A stretch of DNA of 64,000 nucleotides from Amoebophrya sp. A120. Lineage: Eukaryota; Protista; Dinoflagellata. How positions within the stretch are numbered: position 1 is the stretch's first letter; the number at the start of each line of letters is the position of its first letter. The notes beneath the pieces are model-generated. The model was given only the letters and a program-made list of their open reading frames with translations, ran no database searches and was not told the origin of the DNA. Location of the stretch: positions 2,673,513 to 2,737,512 of the forward strand of contig CAJINV010000004.1 in assembly GCA_905178155.1 (NCBI GenBank), written 5' to 3'. Shown piece by piece: positions 11,700 through 25,800 of the stretch. The position numbers and the translations under genes were made by a program.

Positions 11700-12686
11700 T
11701 AGTATGGGGACCAGCACTTCTTTTCAACAACATCCGCTCGCGCCACACACGACGTCAGTCACGACACAGCACTTCTTGTTTAAGCGGGGGCAGCATGATG
11801 ATGCGAAGATGAAGTGGTCCTAGACAACTTCTTTCTCCACCACACCAGGAACAGGGGCTTCTGTGTTTTTCAATTCATGTGGTTGTTTTTCTATGGTTTA
11901 ACAAAAGAATCATATGTTCAAAATTAGCGAATCCCATCACAGAGGATCTTGCCGAGAATCGAAGAAATTTTCATATGGAGAACCAGACATATTTATGAAG
12001 CTGTGACTACCTTTTTCATGCAAAAAACTTCAAAACGCTAAGCGTAAGGTGAAACCATAAAAACCAGTCTACTCTACTTTCATGCTATGTGCAACTCGGC
12101 ACCTTCTAAAAGACAACTTTACGGATACGGGTATGATATAAGAAAACATCAAACACCTATGATTGCGCTACTGAAATGTGCCTAAATTTGAAACAAATGG
12201 AAAAATGCAAATGACTGTTACTTGATTTATCGCATCACGGTATCGACGCAGATTGCGCTATCATGGGAAGAGATGCTGAGCTGGCAGCCTGGCTAGACCA
12301 CTGCTCAGGAGTAGTACTGTCCCGTTGTACTGCTGGCCTGGTTTGTTCTGCAGCTTCCTCGTTGAACTATGGCACGAGGGACGGAGTCGGAGTCCGAAGA
12401 TCTCGTCCTGACACAACGGATAGCACGGCACCACGAGCTGCCAGCACTGAAGTACCAGCAAGTGAACGTAGAAGGTTGGCTGTTGAATTCGGTTATCGCA
12501 CTACAGTTTCATGATCTTCAAGAACCTGATGATGCAGCGGCTTGCGTTCGCCCTCCTGCGCCAGACGGAGGATGAAAAGAAAGTAGACGCATCAGGTACA
12601 TAGATGATGCGCAGCAGGCGGTGACTTGTTTTCTTTGGTCGTCATACAGGAACTAGGGCAAGATGAACCAGGGAGCGATGAAATCA

Positions 12687-14611
12687 CTAAGGCGCAGGTG
12701 GAGGCGGTGGCGGCGCGGGGGGCTGTGGTGGTACTGTCCCGCTCTGGGGCATACTCATCATTTGCATCATCTGCATCTGCGTGGCCATCATGTGCTGGTA
12801 AGCGGCCCCCTGCTGAGCGGCGCTGCTCACCGGAGACACAGCATTTGCAGCAGCTGGAACTGGTGGTATGGCAGCAGCAACTCCTGTACTAGAAGAAGTT
12901 GATGTTCCTGTTGTATTTCCTCCCGCTACGCCCTTCATAGTCGCGTTAAAGTTCGGGGGAAGCGGGGCCAAAGACGTTGAGGGGGGACTACGCCGTGGGC
13001 TGCGGGACCGAGAGCGCACGCTGGCGGCTGGTTGAGGGACTACTCCTGTAACAACACGACTTTGTGGTGCGCCAATTCCTCCTGGCACGCCCATACTCGA
13101 GGCCGTGGCGGTCGCGGCGAAGGGAGCGCTGCTCTTGCCTCCAGTCAAGATCGCCGTGGAAGTAGATGATCCACTTCTGTTGTTCGCCGCCGCACTGGCT
13201 GTATTTGCAAACATGTGGTAGGGCAGGTTGGTGACCACCCGGCCAGCGGCTTTGGGGACTGTGCCCTCGGGCGGGGGCCCCGGAATCACGCTGTTTTGCG
13301 GGCCCTGGATGGAAAAGCCCTGCATATGAAATGCAAAAATGTCTGGGTCTGGAAGATTGCAACTTGTCATGCTGTTTTTGGACTCTAAAAAATTTTGTAT
13401 TGCATGACCAGCAAGAGGGACACCGTTTGTGCTACACGGGCAGGGCATTTCTCATGCGGAAGGTGCATCAGGAAGCCCTCTAGATGTCTGCGATGCTAGG
13501 TCATGCATTACAGGCATCATGGGTCATGAGAAATATGCATGACAAATCTCACAACCTTCCAGACCCAGACATTTTTACAATCCATACTGCACGGGAAACG
13601 GCAACAGAGGGCGCTGCTGGTTCATGTGCTGCTGTGGTTGTAGTGGTCCTGCTCCGAACATACCAGGTTGCATCACGAAACTGTTCGGGCCGCCCATCAT
13701 GCCTGCTCCTCCCCCCGCTAGTACACCTCCCACGCCCAGTCCTGCGGGCGGCACCGTGAAACCTGCCGCAGTTCGGAGTTCCGACGTGCCGTGCGCGTAG
13801 TGGCAGTTGTCCCCCCACTGACAATAGCCCTTCAAATGTTTCTGGCAGATCTTCGTCTTATACAGGTGCTCGCGGCCCGCGAAACAGGCGGGAATGGGCC
13901 GGTTGGCCGGCGGCCCGGTGAGCGCGTTCATCTGTTGCTCGCGGTCCCGTTCCTCTTTCGTCACCTCGCGGACGTGAGGACCACCACGACGATGATGGCC
14001 CCCGGTAGCGGAGGTTGACGCTGTGCCATTCGCGTAATTCTGCTCGTCGTCACTACTGTCGTCGCCGCTGCCGTTGTCGTCGTTGCCGGTCGCTGCTTCC
14101 TCGTCGTCCTCCGAATCCATCCAGGCGAACTCCCGTTTTTTCTTCTTCTTTTTCTTCTTCCCGGAGTTCATCCCTTCGCCCTGCTCCTCTTTCGCCTTTT
14201 TCTCGAGAAGCTCCTTGGCCCGCTGTAGCCGCTCCTCCCGCTCCTCCTTCTCGGTCTGTTTCCGGAAATCCTCCAGCTCTTTCTCGGTCAGCTAAAAAGT
14301 GATGAAGGAAAGTTTGTATAAAATTCATTAGAGAGGACAGGGGCCGTGCTGCCAACAGTGGTAGTAAAAATGCAGTTGTATCTTCAAACATCAATGAAAC
14401 AATCTCTCTATCGCTAAAACAGGGTACGTAGATATTAAACATAGAATCTTGTTTCATCTACCTGTGGATTTATATCGTCATTGACGGCTTTGTCCTCCTC
14501 GTCCTCCTTTACTTGCTCTCGCCAGTCTTTCGCCTTGCTTTTGACTGTGGCACCTCCAGCACCCACGACGGCTCCCCGCTTTGCGCCAAGCGGGTTCTTG
14601 CGGCCAAGCAT
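12687..14611 (-). CDS. CCCH zinc-finger RNA-binding protein, 3 exons (14611-14462, 14291-13587, 13319-12687)
   Basis: YKTKICQKHLKGYCQWGDNCHYAHG (C-x8-C-x5-C-x3-H); canonical GT-AG intron 14292-14461; introner removal gives FPVQ|GFSIQ; Pro/Gln-rich C-terminus. Confidence 0.85.
13325..13586. mobile_element. Introner, family C
   Basis: TIR with TGTCTGGGTCTGGAAG; TSD CTGCA. Confidence 0.92.
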
Positions 14612-15519
14612 GGTTTTGTGGTTTATGGATGACGTCAATATTAGGTTTACAGCTTATTTGCTCATCATGATTATATGATCACGGAATGTAGACAAGCGAG
14701 GAAAAAATTATTCACTTTGTCTAAACGTGGGTGTGGTCGAGAGGCGAAGAGTATTGGTGCTTCTTGCACCAGCATCCCAATAAAGCAGCTACTGCAACTA
14801 CTACTTCGGTTTTACATTACGGTGATTGTTTTTCTTGTTCAGTTCCATGTTGGTTTTTCTTGATGCGTCAACATACACATTGAGCTGCCTAACTAGAGCC
14901 AATTAAGTACTCTTCAGTTCTTTGCGTTTGCGTTTCGATCCGAAACAACATGATATTCTGTGCGTGCAATGAATAATTTGTAAGTTTGTTTGAAGTGATG
15001 TGAACAAGAGTCAAGAAAGGATGTCGTGGGCGTCTGCTCGGATTTTCATATTTGTTCGTGGAGGTTCGTTCGTTTCAAATTCTGATCGTCCGACACCTTT
15101 ACCTTTAGCGGTTTATTTGTTCTATCCTTTATGTGTAGTAGAGCTTCTGTGAATAGTACTTGCGGCAGCTGCAGCTGCAACTATCGATCTCGCTCCGTAC
15201 GTTGTGGTTTTCGGAGATGAAAGCGGATGAAATATGTTGTCAAATCAACATGTAACTCCTGCGAGATTTTGCGCTTCTTAGGTTGTAGCCGGATAGCTGC
15301 GCTTTCAAATCAGTTTCGTCCACATCAATCACGAATTTGAACACCATGTAGTTGCTTACGCACGTGCACTTCGGACTAGATGCAGATGTTAGAAACTCAA
15401 AGTGCTGTAGTCGCAGGACGACGGTTATTGTTCATTTTGATGGCTTCCCTTGAGTCTGCATTAGCAGAAGCAGAACAATCTTCTAGCGTGCGAAACTAGA
15501 CACTAGAAGAAATCGCACT

Positions 15520-18500
15520 TCAGTCGAAAACCAGACCCGGATCTCGAATACGATCGCCTTTATCTTCTTCAAAACCTCGTCCGCCCTCCGCTGCACTCCG
15601 GACAGGCCCGCACGGCACGCTGGTCCGCGGGATTCCAAGCGGACGCGGGATGCTCGCGAGGATCTGGTGGAGGGGGGTGGTATTACTGCCCCTCGTCCCA
15701 GCTCTCGCAAGGTCTCGACGTCCTGGGGTGATCGGATTCCGTCTGGCGTCAAGGCCCGCTGGGTGATGTTGTTCTGCTGCTCGGTTATTTAGTGCTGCGC
15801 TCGTCCCGGGGCTCCATCTCGAGGGGGCCACATTTTGGTTCTTGGGCTGTCTTTTGTTTTCCTCGCAGCCCCTGTTGCTCAGATGCCTCTGCTCGTGTTC
15901 GTCAGAACTTCTCGCATGGAACAAAGTGTGAGAGGTCTTGTGATCCTCGAAAGCCTCCACCCCACCTGGAGAGTCGTTCATCTGGCGGCAACTCAACACT
16001 GGGACCACGTCGTTGCGGGACCGCAGCTCCGGATGGAAGTCCCTCGACGGGGACGATGAATACTGCTCCTGCAACATCTGGTGCCTCAGCGGCTGGTGCC
16101 TTTGCGTTTGTTCAGACAACTTGCTGGCCGCGTGGTTCACTTGCATTAAGCTCGCAACACTTCTACTTGTTTTAGAACTGTCCTCGTCCATCACCGGCGA
16201 GCCTAAATCCGGGCGCACCACTTGCGGCTCTTCGGCTGCCGAAGTCACGTACCCGCGACGCACTGATTGCAGGCTCTTCCTGGTGCTTCTCAAGTCGTTG
16301 TAAATGGGGTCGTTCAGGTACATAGGAGGCTGGTGCAGTTGTTGTTGGGGAGTGTAGTTATTTTTAACCCGGGACATGATCACGCCAGCACGACCGGGAG
16401 GTGTCGCAGCGGTTGTCGAGGAACTAGCTGCTCCTGAAAATTCGCTATTTTGAAGAAACAAATTCTTCGACGCCACTTCTTCTGCAGCGCTACTGCTGTT
16501 CATCCGGCAAGCTGCACCTTGTTGGGTAGAAGACACAAATTGTAATTCCGGCGGGGGAAGTGAGTAGGAATTATTGTGGGTCCAGCTTATGCTAGCTTCT
16601 TGCTGTGGAGGATGCATACGCAACGCGCCGTCGTGGGGCCCGTAAGAACCAGGACTCATCCGGCGTTCGTGGTCGTAGGACTCTGTCGGTGAAAAAGGAA
16701 GTTCACACACATCTTGATTCCATGCGGCTCGCTGCTTCGTCTCGCGCAGGTCGCGCAAATCGTACGTCGGTGGCAGTTCCCGGCGCGGGGGGCAGGAAAG
16801 TTTGCGCGGCAGCTGCAGGGAGGAAGGGGTGTAAGACGCGTCATTTTGAACGAGGTCATTTCCACGAGCTGCTGTGCGCGTCATCCTCTTGAGTGGTTGC
16901 TGTGTCGTCGCGCCGCGCAGGTTATTTTCCTGTGTGTCTTCGTGCTGGTGAGGCCTACGTAATTGCAGAGACTGGAGGTCGTGTGGGTTGTTATCACCAC
17001 TCCTGTGCGCAGGATCGCGTTTTTGATATTGCTGCACCACACGACCCTGGAAAACCAATCCGGGCTCTACTTGAGATTCTTCGTTACAGAAGTCCACGTC
17101 CTGTATTTCGCTCCGATATGGTCCTCGTGGAAGCTCACGACCTCGCTGCAACCCCAAGCTGGCTTCGTCAAGCCCCCGCCGCTGGGCCTGTTGTGCGGTG
17201 GTCGCAAGATGTTGTACTGCATGAGCTTCGTGCCCACGTCGCTGCTGCTGGTGCTCTCCCACTCCCCCGGGTCCTCCCGGAACTGTGTTGGGCACAGGAA
17301 TGTGGTACGGCTGCGCGCCGGCGACAGGGTGGATTTGGTGTTCGTGAGATGAAGTGACGGCGCCGTGGTTGTGCAGCTGCTCCACTCCGCCACCCCTCCC
17401 AGTAAAGCCTGCAGACGAGGAGCTTGTTGCAGGCGACAGCGGCCCGCTCCTGCGGTCCATGTCTTCGTAGTTTTCATCTTGTCCCCTCCTGTAGTGCGAA
17501 GCAGGTACGATCGACGGTCGCGGGTGATGTTGCTGCACCACTATCGTCACCGGAGGCGGCGCTGCACGAGGACCAGGAGAATTATGCTCCTGCGCGTAGA
17601 AATCACAATTAGCAGCTCTTGTCTGACTCTGCTGGCTTTGCTTCTGCATTTTGCGCCCTGCACGAACCGGACTTTGGTCGCGCTCCTCGTCAAACAGCCG
17701 CCTGCTATGGGAGTGTCAGGATTGAAATCGTCAAAGTTGAAATAGTTTGGCATGCAGAAAATCCAACGCAAAGATTACCTCTGTTGCAGAGGACGCAAGG
17801 GAGGCAGATTGTAGTGCAAGCAAGGGTCGAGAATTGGGCTGCTGACTAGCATCACAGAGGGGGGCCCCTTTGCCCTGAACAGCATGACAAACTGGCTTCC
17901 GGTACGGACGAAATTTGTCATGCGCCGACTAGAAACTGTGGGTCCAATTGGTAATCCATTTTATGCATGACAAATCATTTCATTTCAACTTTGTCGATTT
18001 CAAACCTGACGCTTCCATACCTGCCGTGCTTCCCGTACTTCGCATGGGCCTCCGCCAGCAGGCGCGCGGCCTCGTCGGATGGGGAGAAAGCTGGAGCAGC
18101 CCGAGTCGTTGCCGACGAGGGCTGCGTGTTGAGGGTTGTAGGTTTGTCAACGCGACGGCCGGATAAAGATGTTGTGGTCCTGACGTCGTGGAGGTCGGGA
18201 GGAATATAATTTTTAACGTGCTCTGGTACTTGATGTTCCCGTTTCGGAGTGCGCGGCGGATACACGCTGTAAAGTTCCTCGTCCTCGTAGTGGGCCGTCC
18301 CATGATAAGGGTCGTCGTAGTACTTCTCCTCCTGCTTATTTTCGGTCCTGACAGACGACGACGAAAACAAATCTTGATCTTCGCCATCAGAAATCACCGC
18401 CTGGAGTAGCTGCTGTTTCTGTTGCTGGTGCTGGTGGTGATGTGCGCCGCGTCCTGTTCGTCGTGCGTGATTCGTCTGTTGACCACCACCACATCCCGGA

Positions 18501-19339
18501 ATCATGCAGACCGGGCGTTGTACTAGGTGGTCTGGTGGAGGTGCTAGACCCCTACAGTTTCCGATGTATCTGGAGGACGACGATGAACTGCTTCCGCCAG
18601 CTTGTGCTGCTCCTCCTGCCCCGCCCGCCGCAGTGACATCATTATACTGCGGATGCTGTTTTGTGCCCTGCTGCAAGTAGTGGTCCAAGTGCTCCAGCTC
18701 CTTTCGCTTTCCACCATACACGACGACCTCGTGATGATGGTTTTGCCTGCCGTAGTTGTGTCTCGATTTTTCCTGGCCGCCGTCGTCCAAACGGTGCTCC
18801 TGCGCAGACGTTTTCGTGGCCGCGAGTTCAACATCTCGTCCTCGCTGGTGTCTATTAACTGCATCGTCGTCTTCGTTTGTACTAGTACTTCTGTGTGCGT
18901 GGAGATCATGATGACCCTCCGCATTGAAAACCTGGTTCGCCAGCTCCTGGTTCACCAAACGGGACCTATTGATGTTATTGTTTTCATTTCTAGTAGTTCT
19001 CACGACCCGTTTTGCTATATCAGCCTTGTCTTGTTCCACCAAGGCATCAAATTTTTTCTTTTCTGTGGGTTTGACATATTTTTGCTCATCCACCGACGTC
19101 CCACCGCTATGATTCCCTACTTCCAAACACGCTCGCACTTTCCGGGAGCATTCGGGACAAAGCTCTAACGAGGTAGAACTATTGCAGTAATTTGTCTTGC
19201 TTCTTGCCGCATTTTTGGAATCTAGAAAATCTGTTTTGGGCCCCTTGATGTTGTTCTTGTAGTTGTCTTTCAAAGGACTCACAAATTTTTGCTCGACGAC
19301 GTGCTGCTCGTAGATGTGCCTGGAGGGCTGGTGGTCCAT
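15520..19339 (-). CDS. Large low-complexity (Q/H/S-rich) hypothetical protein, 2 exons (19339-18020, 17700-15520)
   Basis: 454-aa and 709-aa ORFs join in frame (KHGR|RLFDEERDQ..KMQKQ) on removal of the element plus one TSD. Confidence 0.75.
17706..18019. mobile_element. Introner, family D
   Basis: ~38-bp TIR TATGG(G/A)AG(T/C)GTCAGG.TTGAAATCG.CAAAGTTGAAAT; TSD CCTGC (sense GCAGG permits GT-AG). Confidence 0.92.
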
Positions 19340-20563
19340 TATCTGGCCACTCCTCAGCTAGAAAAATCCCGCCTACAACTGACAAATACTAGTAGCTTCT
19401 TAGGAATATTCATAAAGCGGAATCGGTCCATAACACTAACAAGCCTGCGAGATTCAGATTCACATTTTTGAAGATAGTGAACTACATACTATTTTTACTT
19501 CCTGACAACATTGAAGATCTGCATCGGACGTTCAAATCAAAACTTCAATACTTGACAGCCTCCTCGAGCGCATCCAATGAGCGGACCAGCTGACTCGCTT
19601 GCAAGCCCTTCTCGATTCGGTGGATCTGTTATTTGGTCGTTTTTGGAGGAATAACGAATACGAAATTAGAAAAGTTCAATCATGTCAGCATTTGTCGACG
19701 CGGAGCGTTTGACGACTGTAATTGTTTCTCCATTGGTTGCTGCTTTGGTCCGTGGCTTTTCGTATACTTACACGCTGCTAAAAGGTTGTAGCTGTACTTC
19801 TATCGTTCGCTTTTCTGTGTAAAGAATGTATCTTCCACGCGGCGATGGATAACGATAAAGTCAAACATTGAGTGAACCTTTGTGGTGTTACAAAAACGCC
19901 CTTGGCCAGCTAATCTTTCTGCGCAAGAGTAGTAATTTCTTCAAACGGAAATAAACGCAACTTATGTGAACGCGCAGCAAAAAGAACGTGCAGCAAGTGC
20001 CGAAATAACGATCTAGAATATAAAAACATAAACACCTACCGGCAAAGATAAGAAATGGTCCTATGTTCTTGAAATCAAAGGGAACGACGACATACGCATA
20101 CTCGCCGACCATACGACAAAAAATAAAGAAGACCGCACGAAGAACGTAGCCTGGTTCTAAGTCTAACCCCGTATAACCCGGCACAACAGGTATTGGAGGA
20201 GAACATGGTCGATTGATGCCCTTTCGGCGTGGGTACTTACGACTCTTAGCGACCGTCACCAAGGCTGCTCAAAGCTGCTGGGGTTACAGCAATGAAAATG
20301 TAGTTCTAGTACAGGCGGGGTCTCGCTCTTGTTCTGTGGCATGAGAGGACAATCGCCATGCCGACGTTCTTGATCATAGTCTAGTACGTTACAGTTGTAG
20401 TATCAGTTTCATGAAACGTCGCAAGTGGGAGTGGTGTCGTGCTACTCAATGTATCATGATCTCCTCGGAATAAACCACCACGCGGAGCAGCTTCGGCTAA
20501 TTTATTTCATTTTGCTTTTACTACAGCCTGCAACGAGTAACCATCCCTTTTTGTGATCTATCT

Positions 20564-20809
20564 TCAGCTGCTGTCGCCCTTGGTGACCATGGAGACGGCA
20601 TCCCCTCGGACGTAAAGCATCTCCATCTGCCGGAGCTCCTTCGCTGGGGTCTTTTCCTCGACACTCGAGAGCAGCATGTTCAGGTGTTCGTCATACGCGT
20701 GCAAGGTGCCCTTCAGCTCCCGCCCATTCCTGCACTTGATGAAGCACTCCTTCGCGAGAAGATGGGCCACCATGTCGATAGGATTCGAGATTTTCGTGGA
20801 CCCGTTCAT
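20564..20809 (-). CDS. LSM3: U6 snRNA-associated Sm-like protein LSm3
   Basis: IKCRNGRELKGTLHAYDEHLNMLL (Sm1) and MLYVRGDAV (Sm2) match LSm3. Confidence 0.88.
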   Translation of the reverse strand: MNGSTKISNPIDMVAHLLAKECFIKCRNGRELKGTLHAYDEHLNMLLSSVEEKTPAKELRQMEMLYVRGDAVSMVTKGDSS

Positions 20810-21660
20810 GATGCTGTTTGAGTTCTCAGTCGTAGCTGTACTATTGGTCGTTGCTTTCTTCAGGAGATAAAGAACTGCCTCTTCTTAGTTGTCGGGATAA
20901 ACTTTTTATTTTATGACTTCTAAGGAAGACACTGCCCGAAGATGCTATCGCGTGGAAAAACGTAACGAATACTACCACGTAGAAGGGCCAATCTGAAATA
21001 TGGACTGGCGTATGGATGAAAATTGTTTTTCAAGAGGTGAGACCCATGAATACATTTAGAAATGACGACGTCGCTGGTTTGTTTGTGGAACGTTGATGTA
21101 GTCCTAGTCGATCAGAGAAAACTTGCTCTCTGAAAATAGAGGAACGCAGATTGTTGTGAGCCTTATTTTGCGACTTTTAGGTGGAGCATTAGGGGAAAAT
21201 TGAAAAGATGATAACTGAGCTCAACAAGTGTAAGTAGAAATGTCGACGGGACACCAATCATCATGATCCTCGTGGCAGCAATTCTATCGTGCGTGGTCAG
21301 GATCATCCAAACTTATTAACTTTTCTCATTCGCTTTTCTTAAGGTAGGTGAGTTGAAGAGGGAGCAGACCTCCTCAAAAATACGGAGGTTATCGAGGACG
21401 CGCACATTTTCATTTTTGGGAAATGCATTTGGACGATCCTTCCCTGAATAAAGATTTATCTAAGTACTCCTTCAGTATTTGGCAAACAAGAAATTAAAAT
21501 AAAATGGCCGGCATCAATGTGAGCCTCGCAACACAGTTTTTTTCCTTCGAGCAACATGAAAAATTTACGTAGCGTCTAAGTTGAACCAGAACCGCGTCCG
21601 CGCCGACAACAGATGAATAAAATTAGAGAGGATACACAATGGTAATTATATTAGAATTCT

Positions 21661-22173
21661 CTATGGAAGATGAAGAAGTTGTAGTACCTTTTGCAGCAAT
21701 CCATGCACCACTTGCTGCTTCGCCTCGTCTTCACTCCTCCTATCGGGAACCAGAAGACCATCTTGCTGCACCCCAGGAGCATGATCCTGTCTTCCCTCCC
21801 CCCGCTTCTGCAGCACCTCTTCGAGTTTCCTGGAGATCTGAACGAGCCTGGAGTGGTGCTTCTGGCTGACAGGGCTGCAGTTGGTCCTCTTTCCCGGCGT
21901 AGTTCGTGCAGATCCACCTCCTGTTCTGTAACTCCTCTGTCCCGGCGTAGTTCGTGCAGACCCTCCTGTTCTGCTCGCTACAGGCACGGCTTCTAGTCCG
22001 TCTTGAGAAAAACAAGACCCTGCAGCTAGTTCTGTTGCTTGAGACGCGGTAGAGACAAAATCCTCTTCCATTTGTGTGTCCGTCGCGGGAGCCGAAGAGT
22101 TGACGTGCGCTGGGTTGTTGTCGGAGCAGGAGCCCGGAACGGGACTGCTACACGACACGGTGCTCAGTGTCAT
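21661..22173 (-). CDS. Hypothetical protein with an internal 2x repeat (GGSARTTPG)
   Basis: 170-aa ORF from ATG; duplicated CCCGGCGTAGTTCGTGCAGA..CCTCCTGTTCTG at ~21892 and ~21941. Confidence 0.5.
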   Translation of the reverse strand: MTLSTVSCSSPVPGSCSDNNPAHVNSSAPATDTQMEEDFVSTASQATELAAGSCFSQDGLEAVPVASRTGGSARTTPGQRSYRTGGGSARTTPGKRTNCSPVSQKHHSRLVQISRKLEEVLQKRGEGRQDHAPGVQQDGLLVPDRRSEDEAKQQVVHGLLQKVLQLLHLP

Positions 22174-22858
22174 CTTCTTCGTAGCTTTTTGTACGCGGTC
22201 CTTGTAAACGAAAGCTGTCGTAGTTGTTGCTATTTAATACCAGAGTCTCAACAATTCCCTAGCGGTATTTGCTGCCGCTTTTCTATCTGTTTCGTTCCGA
22301 CCTTTACTTACATTCATCAACTTAGTTGAGCCGATTTGCAAAAAACCCGACCACCAAGAGCCGTTTTTCCGTCTCTCAAAGTAGAGCGATTCGCTTGCGT
22401 TTTTTCTTTTCTCTTGCCGTTTATTTGAAAGAAAGAAAATTATGAGGACCAAAACATAGTAGAAGATGGACAATTATAAGCATGTTCCTTCTGCATCACG
22501 ACGGAGACGGGTAAACGAAGAAAGCATCATCTGCTCGGAGATCAAATCCGGACGACCACCAGACACGAGTCCTCTAAGAGTAAAGATTGAAACAGCCACA
22601 ATTTCCTGCAGCGAAACACCAGCAGTGGTGCAAGAGAAAGACCCAACATCCGGGCTTTCCACAAGCTGGACTCACTGCATTTTTTCTGGTGAGAAATGAA
22701 TCTCGGGGATTTCGATTCACCTCCGATCCTTGTCTCGGTTCATTTATCAATGCGGGTGCGTTTGCGTATGGCAAGTCGTTGTTGTCGTTCATTTGTTTAA
22801 AATCAATTGTAGTCCTTCGCTTGCTATATAAAAGTAGAGCTGAACAATCCTCCTTCCA

Positions 22859-25800
22859 CTATTTCTTTTGCCACGGCAGCCTTCGTTGCGTCGACCCCGG
22901 TTGCCCTCCCGACCTGTTTCCCGCATTCGCGCGCGGCGCCGCGCTTGTGTTCGCGAACATTTGGGCAAATTGCGATTGCTGCTGTTGTGGTGGCGCAGCT
23001 GGTGGTGCAAACTGGGACTGGCTTTGGTTCATTTGGGCGAAGGAAGAACTGCCCGCAGGTATTTGCTGCTGCTGCTGCTGCGGGACGCGCTGAGCGCCGC
23101 TCCCTGCTGCAAATTGGGAAGAGTTGTTGGTGTTTGAGTTCATCATAGACGTCGAAGGGTCGATTTTTTGTCTCTTCTGCGGTGGTTGCCCTTGCCCCCC
23201 AGCGCTCATTTGCATGAATGAACTAGGGAGAGCAGAGCTGTTCATGTTTGGGTTGGGCTGCTGCATCATGTTTTGGTTTTGCTGCTGCTGATGCATGTTT
23301 GGATTTTGTCGGACGTGCTGCTGCTGTTGCTGCATATTGGGCCGAAATTGCTGTTGTTGCTGCATGTGAGGTTGAAACGGCTGCTGCTGTTGCTGCTGAA
23401 AAAATGGTTGTTGCTGCAGCCCACCTCCGCCCGCGTTCAGCATCTGTTGCTGCTGGTTCGCCATGGCCAGAAACCCGACATTGTTATTGTTCCCCATGGT
23501 CAAGTCGTTCGGACTTGGGCGCGCGCTACCGCTGCCAGAAGACGAAACCCCACTGCCGGCTTTCGCCCGGCTTTTCGCCTTTCCGGCTTTTGCCTTGGCG
23601 CGGGATTTCGCCTTGGCTTTCGCCTTGCCTGCTGGACCTTGGTGTTGAAGTTGTTGGCCGCGGGGTATCCAGTGCAAAAGTAATATCATCGCACTCGTCA
23701 TAGAGGACTTCTACTTGTTGTTTCGAATTGCGATCATGCATGGGAAAGATGCTCTGTATACCTGATTTCGCATCATGACAGAGTCCGTTATTTTTGTTTG
23801 CCGAAAACTTCTTTTACTTGGTCATGCAGTTTTCGCTACTCGTTTACGATATTACCATTGCATGCAATGCATACCGCGCACGTCCGCGTTAATATCGTCG
23901 TCCGACACGTCCATGGGAATGTCGTCATCCATGAAGTTACTGGCCATTCCAGTCATATTCTGAAAAGTTGCGTCGGACGCGAGCTTGATTTTGGTTTCCT
24001 GCCGGATCTGCTCTCGCTTCTGCTTCATGGCAATCAAAATATTGTCCACCTCCGAATTGACCTGGTCTGCACTAGCGGAGAAAAGCTGTTGGTTTGTCGC
24101 TTCGATCGTGGCTTTCACGAAGCGCTCGATCGACCCCGCGTCGTTTTTTTCCACAAAGTTCAAAATCGCGTGGTTAAAGTCTGTGCCCGGGAGAATTGCG
24201 TAGTCCTGTTTCGGCATGAGGTTGAAGAGCGTCTCGCCCATCGTTCGCTGTTGCTCCATCTTGGCCTCGCGACTGAAGGGGTCCACGCGGTCGCCGGCCT
24301 CGTCAAAGGTCGTGTGTTCCAGCGGTTTGTCGATGACGTTTCCTTGCTCATCGTACTGCAGTTCCTCCATTTCGTCAAAGTACATGACGTTACCGAACTC
24401 GTCCGTTCGTACCTCGCCGGTCTCATCCAGCATCGGGATTCGCTGGTTCGCCGCCCGCCGTTGCGTCTTCTTGGTGAACAGCAGCAACGCGTATGCAATG
24501 TAGATTTCCCGTACACGTACAAATGCGGTCTCCGCATGACAAAACTTGGCTTCGATTCTAGTTTAGCATGACAAGTTTTACGCTTCAAATTGGTAGAATT
24601 TGTGATGCATCTTGTGCATGTACGGTAAATTTGTATTGCATAACGCGTCGGGATTGGCGACCCGGCCCACGAACTGCTGGCCGAACCGCGCGTTGCCAAT
24701 GATGTTGCAGGGGAAGTCGGTGTAATCGACTTTGAGTCGAATCAGGGGCAGCTTTTTCGACCGCAATTGCTCGTCCTTTTGCTGCTGCTCCTCTTCGTTC
24801 AGCGCGATGAGCTTCTCAATGTGCTGGGTCAGAAAATCCCAGATCTGCTTGTGGTCGTTGGGGTCGAGGTATGACAGTGCACAACTCCCCGTCGTCCCCC
24901 TCATTTGTGATGCTAAATCCCAAGTCCAGGCTTTGCCTCTTGGCACTGTTTGCATGACAAGTCGTGGCAGCCCAAATAGCACCACAATCCTGTGGAAATT
25001 TGTCACGCGAGACCCGCGTTCTTGCTGACGCTTGTATGGACAGTCATGCAATACAAATGAGGGGGAGGCGGGGGAGTTGTGCACTCTCATACAAGAAAGG
25101 AGTCCAGGTCGTCGTCTACTTCGTTGTCCATAGTACCAGACGCATTCGGTTCAAATCCAGCGAGACGCGACAGCTTTTGCCGCTTCGCCCGAGCAGGATT
25201 GCCGACGTTCTGCAGGCCGAAATTCTGGTCCACGTCCTCCGCCCGCACGTCCTTGAGGCAGACCTCGTCGATTTTGAAGGGGCGGATGGTTTTCAGGGGC
25301 ACCTTGGTCGTCTTGTATCATATGTAAAAACGTCCCCACACCAGAGTCAAGATGGGGATTTTGCAACACAAACCTAGAACTTTTGGGGGTCACGCATCAC
25401 AAGTTGCAGTCCGTAGTGTAGTGCAGGTGCGCAAGGCCAGCTGCATCAGAAATCCATCTGCTCATCCTGTTTACAGCATTACAAATTCCAAAACGCGACT
25501 AAAAATGCCTCTCCTGGCGATGCGCATTACAAATGTTCCTGTCTTTGCAAATCTGCATTACAACTCTGGTGTGGGTACGTTTTTCCTCAGGATATCTTGT
25601 ACTGCGTACCCATGATCTCCAGGTAGCAGATGTATTTGGGCATGTATGCATTGCAAAACTACCGCTATCGCTCTAGTATAAATCGCATGACAAATAATTT
25701 CCTCAGCATGAAAAGTGAAATTTGTAGTGCGGATTCCCCTTGAGAAAGAAATTTGTGATGCATGAATGCGATTAGTACGAGTTTGCAATTCATAGCACGG